Assembly (NCBI GenBank): GCA_036725705.1
Contig: DAIMDR010000001.1
Span: 1-63,488, forward strand
Origin: Syntrophomonadaceae bacterium
GTDB taxonomy: Bacteria; Bacillota; Syntrophomonadia; Syntrophomonadales; Syntrophomonadaceae
DNA: 63,488 bases
Direction: 5' to 3'
Positions 56,996 to 63,488 of the stretch are shown here, in pieces. The translations under genes were made by a program, and so were the position numbers. The notes beneath the pieces are model-generated. The model did not search any database, was not told the DNA's origin, and saw nothing but the letters and a program-made list of their open reading frames with translations. Positions within the stretch are counted from its first letter, which is position 1. Each line of letters opens with the position of its first letter.

Positions 56996-58374
56996 ATATT
57001 CATCCCTTACGGCTGCTTCACGAAATTGAGCCTATACTCCCCGATGATGCTTCCCGGATCAGAGATCGGGTGGTCAGCAGCATTTATCAGCATGCCGAAG
57101 AAATTTCCGGCCAGGTGGTCAGCAATGAGAATAGCTGGAGGAACAGCCTGGAGTTTAAACTGGATAACATTCTAACCTCTAGATGGGCTGGTTTCCCTAT
57201 CATGATACTATTATTAACCCTGATTCTGTGGATAACCATATCCGGAGCCAACTATCCTTCTCAGCTATTGGCACTTGGTCTTTTCAAGCTTGAAGGTTAC
57301 CTGCTGTATCTGATGACGGCTGCCGCTGCACCTGACTGGTTAACCGGAGTTCTGATTCTGGGTATGTACCGTTCCCTGGCCTGGGTAGTTTCAGTCATGT
57401 TGCCCCCTATGGCAATATTCTTTCCCCTTTTTACGCTGCTGGAAGATCTGGGTTACCTTCCCCGTGTAGCCTTTAATATGGATAACCTCTTTCGCCGGGC
57501 AGGAGCCCACGGCAAACAATGTCTGACCATGTGCATGGGGTTTGGCTGTAATGCTGCCGGAGTTACATCCTGCCGCATCATCGAATCTCCGCGGGAAAGA
57601 TTAATTGCCATACTTACCAATACCTTTTCGGTTTGCAACGGCCGCTTTCCCACCCTGATTGCCCTGGCAACCATTTTTATGGGCACCATGGTTTCCCGGA
57701 CTTATAGCTCCATAATAGCAACCCTGACAGTAGTATCAGTCATAATAATTGGCATAATAATCAGCCTGCTGGTTTCCAGCCTGTTATCCCGGACTGTCCT
57801 GCAGGGAATTGCTTCCTTTTTTATTCTGGAGCTGCCACCGTTTCGTAAACCCCAACTGGGACAAATCATTATCCGTTCCCTGCTGGATCGTACTCTTTTC
57901 GTACTCTGGCGTGCCGTGGTCATAGCCGCACCCGCCGGGGCTCTGACCTGGATACTGGCTAACAGTTGGATTGGCGACAGCACTATATTCGCTTATATTG
58001 CTGCTTTCCTTGACCCTATAGGTAAAATCATGGGCATGGACGGTATTATTCTGATAGCTTTTCTGTTGGGTTTGCCTGCTAATGAAATTGTACTGCCGAT
58101 ATTAATCATGGGATACTTGTCAGCCGGTAATATAATTGAACTGGACAGCCTGAACGCCTTGGGTAAATTGCTGCTTGATCACGGCTGGACCTGGATTACT
58201 GCCCTGTGTGTAATGTTATTTTCCCTATTGCATTTCCCCTGCGGAACTACCATTTACACCATTTTCAAAGAAACCGGAAGTATGCGCTGGACCCTGCTGG
58301 CCACCCTGCTCCCCCTGGGTCTGGGAATACTGGTAACCATAATCGTCAGCCAAACCGCACAACTCCTGCTTTAG
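56983..58374 (+). CDS. feoB: FeoB membrane (permease) portion, encoded as a separate ORF
   Basis: 463 aa, polytopic, with the gate-type motif GFGCNAAGV. Its ATG overlaps the preceding ORF by 13 nt and it is in a different frame. Confidence 0.85.
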   Translation: MPAINIHPLRLLHEIEPILPDDASRIRDRVVSSIYQHAEEISGQVVSNENSWRNSLEFKLDNILTSRWAGFPIMILLLTLILWITISGANYPSQLLALGLFKLEGYLLYLMTAAAAPDWLTGVLILGMYRSLAWVVSVMLPPMAIFFPLFTLLEDLGYLPRVAFNMDNLFRRAGAHGKQCLTMCMGFGCNAAGVTSCRIIESPRERLIAILTNTFSVCNGRFPTLIALATIFMGTMVSRTYSSIIATLTVVSVIIIGIIISLLVSSLLSRTVLQGIASFFILELPPFRKPQLGQIIIRSLLDRTLFVLWRAVVIAAPAGALTWILANSWIGDSTIFAYIAAFLDPIGKIMGMDGIILIAFLLGLPANEIVLPILIMGYLSAGNIIELDSLNALGKLLLDHGWTWITALCVMLFSLLHFPCGTTIYTIFKETGSMRWTLLATLLPLGLGILVTIIVSQTAQLLL

Positions 58375-58417
58375 AAGCAGGGGGGTAGAAGCAAAGGGGA
58401 CCTTCTTCCTGCTTCCC

Positions 58418-59053
58418 TCAAATGCATTGTGAACATCTTTCTTCCAACGGGCAGCCCGGGCATAATGGGTTCTTGCGGCAATAGCGTTTGGCGTGTTCAA
58501 CAATCAAGGCATGGAACTCCTGATATATATAGATGTCCTGCGGAATGAGGGCTTGAATTTGCAGCTGCAGAGTGTCATAAGCGGCAGGTAAATTATAACC
58601 CAGGCGATAAAGAATTCGTTTGGTATAAGCATCAATTACAAAAAAGGGTTTATCCAGAGCATAAAGCAGAATAGAATCAGCAGTTTCAGGCCCTATTCCC
58701 TTGACAGCCAGTAATTCCTCACGCAATAAATAGCCATCTATCTGTCTGGCTTTATCTATATCATACGCGTATTTTTTATACCACTCGGTTAAAGCCTTAA
58801 GTCGCAGAAGCTTTTGATTATAATAACCACTGGGCCGGATTATCCGGGCCAATTCATCCGGGCTGGCCTTGGCAATATACTCAGGCGACAAACAATCACC
58901 AAAATTACTAATCGCCTTCTCCACATTGGCCCAGGCAGTATTCTGCGTCAAAATGGCACCCACCATCATTTCAAAGGGGGTTTGCGCCGGCCACCAGTGC
59001 CTGCGACCATAAGCATTCAACAAAGTATTAAACATTTCCAGCATCCCGGTCAT
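58418..59053 (-). CDS. HhH-GPD / endonuclease III-related DNA glycosylase with an FeS-cluster loop
   Basis: HhH motif LLAVKGIGPETADSILLYAL. The C-terminal Cys cluster is CRKNPLCPGCPLEERC. The ATG at 59053 has the RBS GGGAG. Confidence 0.8.
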   Translation of the reverse strand: MTGMLEMFNTLLNAYGRRHWWPAQTPFEMMVGAILTQNTAWANVEKAISNFGDCLSPEYIAKASPDELARIIRPSGYYNQKLLRLKALTEWYKKYAYDIDKARQIDGYLLREELLAVKGIGPETADSILLYALDKPFFVIDAYTKRILYRLGYNLPAAYDTLQLQIQALIPQDIYIYQEFHALIVEHAKRYCRKNPLCPGCPLEERCSQCI

Positions 59054-59122
59054 CCCCAATCTCCCTGTTACAGCGGAACCGTTTTTGTATCAATCTTCCT
59101 TCCCCGTGAAACCGTAAGCTAA

Positions 59123-59881
59123 TTATCCGGCTATAAAATCAGCAATGGCCCGATTAGTCTCGAGGGCTTTTTCAAGCATTACGTAATGTCCGGCCTGGGG
59201 AATAACGACTAATTCTGATGCGGGTATATGATCATGTAGATACTGTGAATATTTTACCGGAGTCAATTGATCAAGTTGTCCCACAATCAAAAGAACCGGT
59301 ATATTTATTTTTCCCAGATCTTTGCTGCGGTCAAAACGATCACAGGCATTAAAATCACTATATAGAACTTCAGCCGGTACCTGCTGAAAAGCCAGGAGTT
59401 CTGCATCAACAATATATTTTGGTGTATCAGGAGCAAAACATATTTTTAAAAAGGCCGGATCTTTTTGACCAGTTTGCAGCGCTTCCAATACAGCCGGTAA
59501 AACCCGTAAACGGGAACCTGCGCCAATTAAAATCATGCCATCTATGTTCTCTCCATAATCCATAGCTATAGTCATCGCGATTGCAGCCCCCATGGAATGC
59601 CCTGCCAGAAATACGGGACGGGGCAGGTTTAATAAGGAAGGAATTTTACTAACCAACACAGCTGCTGCATCCACAGATTCAAGAATCGGACCGGGAGAAA
59701 CACCATGCCCGGGTAAATCAATTGCAATTCTTGTAAAATCAGGAGGAAGTTCGTTCATCAGAGCATCCCATTTATGATGATTTCCACCACTACCATGAAT
59801 GAATACTAATGTACCTTTAGGCTGAAGTGTTGATTGATATTTATAGGCGATAATATGGTCATCAATTTCAATGCGCTGCAT
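59123..59881 (-). CDS. Alpha/beta-fold hydrolase
   Basis: HGSGGN oxyanion region, nucleophile elbow GHSMGA and a C-terminal AGHYVMLE (catalytic His). Confidence 0.8.
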   Translation of the reverse strand: MQRIEIDDHIIAYKYQSTLQPKGTLVFIHGSGGNHHKWDALMNELPPDFTRIAIDLPGHGVSPGPILESVDAAAVLVSKIPSLLNLPRPVFLAGHSMGAAIAMTIAMDYGENIDGMILIGAGSRLRVLPAVLEALQTGQKDPAFLKICFAPDTPKYIVDAELLAFQQVPAEVLYSDFNACDRFDRSKDLGKINIPVLLIVGQLDQLTPVKYSQYLHDHIPASELVVIPQAGHYVMLEKALETNRAIADFIAG

Positions 59882-60053
59882 TTAAAATTATCTCCCTTCT
59901 TTTTGGGTTATTAGTAATTATAATCTGCTGAATAAGTTCTCTTTCTGCCATGCTGAAAATAAGCCTGAATAATCTAGATTTTACCGACAAAGCCTCTAAA
60001 TGCGTGTTACGCCGGGATGTTTTTTTGTAACAATATTACGCCTCCCGGTCCGT

Positions 60054-61097
60054 CTAGAATACATGTACTGCAGTAGCCTTGAAGACTGCCCAGACATGTT
60101 TTCCTGATTCCAGATTTAATTCCTCCAGAGCCTGTCTGGTCACGAGGGCGGTCATTGTAAAACCTGCATCAAGAACTAACTTGTAGACAGATCCCCGGGG
60201 TATTATTTCTATAATGCGCGCACTAACTGAATTCTGAGCACTGCTGATAAACTTTTCCTGAGATATTATTATGTCTTCAGGACGAATGGCTGCTCTAACT
60301 ATACCGGTAAGATTTGTCACTACTCTTATATATATAGAAGCAATGCTAACATATTGCTCTCCGTTTTTATCAATTATCTCACCTTTATATATATTCTCCA
60401 TTCCCACGAATTCGGCTACAAACTGGGACCGGGGCCTTTGAAATACCTCTTCGGGAGTGCCCACCTGAACTATTTCTCCATTTTGCATAATCCCCATGCG
60501 ATCTGCCAGAAGCAGAGCTTCATTGAAATCATGGGTTATATGAATAGTGGTAGTTTTTATTTGCTGATGAATACTTTTTAATTCCTGCTGAAACAATTCT
60601 TTACTGCGGGGATCCAGAGCACTTAACGGTTCATCCAGCAGCAAAACATCGGGTTCGGTAACCAGGGCGCGGGCCAGAGCCACCCTTTGCTGTTCACCAC
60701 CGCTCAAAGTAGAGGGATACCGATTTAATAGCCCTTCGATGTTTAAGAGACCGGCCATCTGTTGAAGCTTTTGTTTCATAATATTGTGGGGGGTTTTATT
60801 CAGCTTTAAAGCAAAAGTAATATTCTCTCTTACATCAAGATGAGGAAAGAGCATATAATCCTGATAAACAAAGCCTATACGCCTGGACTCCGGATATTCT
60901 GTGGTAACATTACGATCATTTATCCACACCTCGCCCTTATCCGGCTGGTACATACCGGCAATTATCTCCAGTATAACCGTTTTGCCTGTACCGGTTGGGC
61001 CCAGTATTACAAAGTATTCGTTATCTTCTATATTTAAATTAATATTCTTTAAGCTGAAATCTCCTAAACGTTTGCATATATTATAAAGATTAATCAT
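60054..61097 (-). CDS. modC: Molybdate/tungstate ABC transporter ATP-binding protein with a C-terminal TOBE/Mop-like domain
   Basis: Walker A GPTGTGKT, signature LSGGEQQR and Walker B LLLDEPLS are present. The C-terminal region of about 120 aa is beta-rich. Confidence 0.8.
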   Translation of the reverse strand: MINLYNICKRLGDFSLKNINLNIEDNEYFVILGPTGTGKTVILEIIAGMYQPDKGEVWINDRNVTTEYPESRRIGFVYQDYMLFPHLDVRENITFALKLNKTPHNIMKQKLQQMAGLLNIEGLLNRYPSTLSGGEQQRVALARALVTEPDVLLLDEPLSALDPRSKELFQQELKSIHQQIKTTTIHITHDFNEALLLADRMGIMQNGEIVQVGTPEEVFQRPRSQFVAEFVGMENIYKGEIIDKNGEQYVSIASIYIRVVTNLTGIVRAAIRPEDIIISQEKFISSAQNSVSARIIEIIPRGSVYKLVLDAGFTMTALVTRQALEELNLESGKHVWAVFKATAVHVF

Positions 61098-61112
61098 GTT
61101 AAACTCCCAGCC

Positions 61113-61973
61113 TTAATTAATACGCGAAGCCGGAATCTGTTTGACTCCCACCATTTCAAAAATAAATAGTGATATGAACGAAATGATAATTAAGCAGGTA
61201 GCGGCAGCCATAGCCATTTCCAAATTACCTACTGACATATTTAAATACAGGGCAATCGGTAGGGTTTCCGTTACCATTCTGGTAGCTCCAGCCACCATTA
61301 GTGCACAGCCAAACTCTCCAATAGCTCTGGCCCAGCTTATTACCAAACCGGCAATAATGCCGTTTTTAGCCAGAGGTAAGGTGATTTTGTAAAAGGCCTG
61401 CCATTGCGAGCATCCCAAGGTACGCGCCACAAATTCCAGGCGGGGATTGATATCGGCAATAGTAGACTGCAAAACTCTGATCATATAAGGAGTTATAATA
61501 AAGAATTGCGCCAGTATAATTCCGTTTACAGAAAATATGAATCTTAACCCGTGCTCAGCCAATACTGCACCAAACCGGGTAGTTCCGAAAAGAAGCAATA
61601 AAGCTACCCCGGAAACCAGTGGGGGGAGAGATAATGGTATATCCAGAATCACATTAATTAATTTGCGTCCGGGGATTTTAAAACGCTCCAGGCCATAGGC
61701 AACTGGTAAAGCAAAAAGTATACAAATAATAGTTGAAGTAAAGGACGTAAATAAGCTAAGCCGGATGGCAAATTGTATTTCCGGACTGACGATACTTTGG
61801 GCCAATCCCCCCATGCCTTTCCATACTATATTGGCCAGTGCGGAGAAGATAAATGCCGACAGTATCATAATTACAAGTATTATAAAACCTTGAAAAAGTC
61901 TATTATTAATTACCGGTAATTTTTTTGCCCGGGGCAGCTTTTTTCTATCATCAAAACTATGATTAAGCTTCAT
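61113..61973 (-). CDS. modB: Molybdate/tungstate ABC transporter permease
   Basis: Polytopic protein with the EAA-loop-like segment ARTLGCSQWQAFYKITLPLA. The ATG at 61973 has the RBS AAGGAGGG 5 nt upstream. Confidence 0.8.
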   Translation of the reverse strand: MKLNHSFDDRKKLPRAKKLPVINNRLFQGFIILVIMILSAFIFSALANIVWKGMGGLAQSIVSPEIQFAIRLSLFTSFTSTIICILFALPVAYGLERFKIPGRKLINVILDIPLSLPPLVSGVALLLLFGTTRFGAVLAEHGLRFIFSVNGIILAQFFIITPYMIRVLQSTIADINPRLEFVARTLGCSQWQAFYKITLPLAKNGIIAGLVISWARAIGEFGCALMVAGATRMVTETLPIALYLNMSVGNLEMAMAAATCLIIISFISLFIFEMVGVKQIPASRIN

Positions 61974-62032
61974 TGATACCCTCCTTGCCACCTCTGGCTC
62001 AGCTTAATTTATTTCCTGAAAAAGCATATATA

Positions 62033-62863
62033 TTATTCTATAGGTTTAAAGCCGTGTCTGGCAAATATATCCTTGCCTTCGGCGGAATTTACAAAATCAA
62101 CAAAGGCCTGTGCCAGTTCCTGCTTTTCGGTAAAACTAAGCACACATACCGGTACGGTGTCAATTATATTCTGTTCTTTGGGAATAGTAATTATTTCTAT
62201 ATCCTTATTGGCAAATCCGTTGTCTTCCCAGACCAAACCTGCGTCACCCTGTTTCATAGCTATATGAGTGACGATTTCATTTACGGTAGCATCTCTGGCA
62301 ACCACATTTTTAGCAATGCCTTCTTCCAGGTTGTTTTTGGCAAATATTTTAGCACCTTTTTTACCGATAGCGTTGGATTTTTCATCGCCCAGGACCAACT
62401 TTACCCCCGGTTTGGCCAAATCAGCCAATGCGGTAATCTGTGCCGGATTTCCTTTGGGTACGGCTATGGCAGGAACATGATACACTACTTCATCATACTT
62501 TTCTGCGAAGCCTTTTTGCTGAGCTATTTCCATATCATTAAGTGAGCCGCCCACAAAGACATCCCCGGTTTTATTAATCTCCATCTGGCCCAGTAACTGA
62601 GCACTGCCAGCATAGTTATAATTGATTTTGGCCCCATACTTCTGTTCAAAAGCCTGTCCTATTTCATCCATGGCTTTACTTAAACCCGCCCCGCTGTAAA
62701 CCATTAAGCTCTGGCCTTCATATTTTAATTCTTGCTGCTGTTCAGTATCAGGTTTGGAAACATCAGCATCGTTATCAGGTGTCTTATTGCAGCCAGTCAA
62801 GCTGAAAGCAGCTACTAAAAGAACCACCATAAATAATATAGTCCACATTCTAAATTTTTTCAT
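62033..62863 (-). CDS. modA: Molybdate/tungstate-binding periplasmic lipoprotein (ModA/WtpA-like)
   Basis: The ATG at 62863 follows GGAAAGGAAGAGG. A lipobox (LTGC) follows the signal peptide. YSGAGLSKAMDEIGQAFEQKYG and VPVCVL are typical of ModA-type binding proteins. Confidence 0.75.
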   Translation of the reverse strand: MKKFRMWTILFMVVLLVAAFSLTGCNKTPDNDADVSKPDTEQQQELKYEGQSLMVYSGAGLSKAMDEIGQAFEQKYGAKINYNYAGSAQLLGQMEINKTGDVFVGGSLNDMEIAQQKGFAEKYDEVVYHVPAIAVPKGNPAQITALADLAKPGVKLVLGDEKSNAIGKKGAKIFAKNNLEEGIAKNVVARDATVNEIVTHIAMKQGDAGLVWEDNGFANKDIEIITIPKEQNIIDTVPVCVLSFTEKQELAQAFVDFVNSAEGKDIFARHGFKPIE

Positions 62864-63361
62864 CAGCCTCTTCCTTTCCATAAAAAACAATTAATTCTGC
62901 CTAACTAAAAAGCTGCCGGGTAATACAAAATATTTTTCCCTGCCTGCCCTTAAATTAGCAGGCTTTATCATGGCTTACGGTTATTTCAGGAGGAGTTTAA
63001 ATAAATATTACCTGAAGTAAAACCCGGGGTTAACTTCATAGCAATCACCTCTCTATAAAATATTTACCCATGTATCTGGTTAGCTAATCCCAAAACAATC
63101 AGGCTGTTACTCTTCTATTCCTTTTAAAACTTCATATAATCACACTAAAATAAGGATTTTGATATACATATTTTATCACAACCTTATTATTTTGTTTATT
63201 TATGTTTATTCATGTTGATTTTTGTCTCTTTATGTAAGGCCATTCAGTGTGTATAAAAACGATATTTTTGGTTATTTGGGTCCAAATGGTGCCGATACTG
63301 GCAGCGGTAGTCCGGCTGACAAAGCCCAGAGAGTATCGGTGCCAGTCTTTACAAGCTCACT

Positions 63362-63400
63362 ATATTGTAGTAAATTTGTCATATAATTGTACTACAATAT
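63362..63400. promoter_or_regulatory. Perfect 11-bp inverted repeat; a candidate operator for the downstream antitoxin gene
   Basis: ATATTGTAGTA (63362-63372), a 17-nt spacer, then TACTACAATAT (63390-63400). It ends 28 nt before the GTG start at 63428. Confidence 0.45.
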
Positions 63401-63427
63401 TGTTACTTTTATAGGAGAGTGAGTAAT

Positions 63428-63488
63428 GTGCAAATACGACCTTCCGCAGCAATCCGCAAGAACTACAATGAAATTTCTGAACTCTGCA
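63428..63488 (+). CDS. Phd/YefM-type antitoxin; only the first 20 codons are present because the gene runs off the right edge
   Basis: A GTG at 63428 follows AGGAGAG. The translation VQIRPSAAIRKNYNEISELC matches the typical N-terminus (IRPS..R.NYNEIS..C) of Firmicute Phd/YefM-family antitoxins. Confidence 0.5.
   Translation, partial: MQIRPSAAIRKNYNEISELC

Noticed and set aside
62864-63060. I looked for a Moco riboswitch in the modA leader, which is the place where one would normally be expected.
   Set aside because: The minus-strand leader has some hairpins (for example GCCTGC-TAATTTAAGG-GCAGGC). It lacks the TCTCCGAGCC ... GCCTTCC ... AAAGGAGA blocks shared by the three hydrogenase leaders, and I saw no terminator hairpin with a U-run. 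I therefore do not call it. A cmsearch with RF01055 would settle this.

Overview
This 63.5-kb window is chromosomal and densely coding. It looks like an anaerobic, probably spore-forming Firmicute of the Clostridia type. That is inferred from SigI/RsgI, SLH and copper-amine-oxidase-stalk surface proteins, Ku/LigD, beta-oxidation genes and the hydrogenase content. I saw no rRNA, tRNA, CRISPR array, transposase or prophage genes.

Left third (0.4-20.5 kb), a hydrogen-metabolism island:
- Minus strand: hypA-hypB, then a group-1-type membrane-bound [NiFe] hydrogenase (Tat small subunit, large subunit, cytochrome b, endopeptidase), then hypF-hypC-hypD-hypE.
- A CbiM/PDGLE/CbiQ/CbiO ECF-type metal importer, probably for nickel.
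- Plus strand, diverging from the importer: a periplasmic [FeFe] hydrogenase (HydA plus Tat-signal small subunit) with its own cytochrome b.

Middle:
- Several c-di-GMP signalling proteins and an acyl-CoA dehydrogenase/enoyl-CoA hydratase pair.
- Two secreted repeat proteins.
- recQ-sbcD-sbcC, a CNNM-type transporter and sigI-rsgI.
- An SLH protein ending in about 40 consecutive Asp residues.
- dinB and a split Ku/LigD NHEJ locus.

Right end:
- A giant hybrid histidine kinase with a REC-GGDEF partner.
- feoA with a split feoB, an EndoIII-like glycosylase and modABC.
- The first codons of a Phd/YefM-like antitoxin.

Most interesting signal: three paralogous riboswitch-like leaders, two in tandem before hypA and one before hydA. 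Each is a conserved core followed by an intrinsic terminator. The conserved blocks resemble the Moco/Tuco (molybdenum/tungsten cofactor) RNA motif, yet the genes they gate are hydrogenase operons rather than cofactor genes. The modABC leader in the same window lacks the motif.

Second signal: a structured dispersed repeat of about 190-250 nt. It occurs as two tandem full copies, one diverged copy and one fragment, and I cannot assign it to any known RNA or mobile-element class.

All calls come from reading the sequence and the ORF track. No database search was run.
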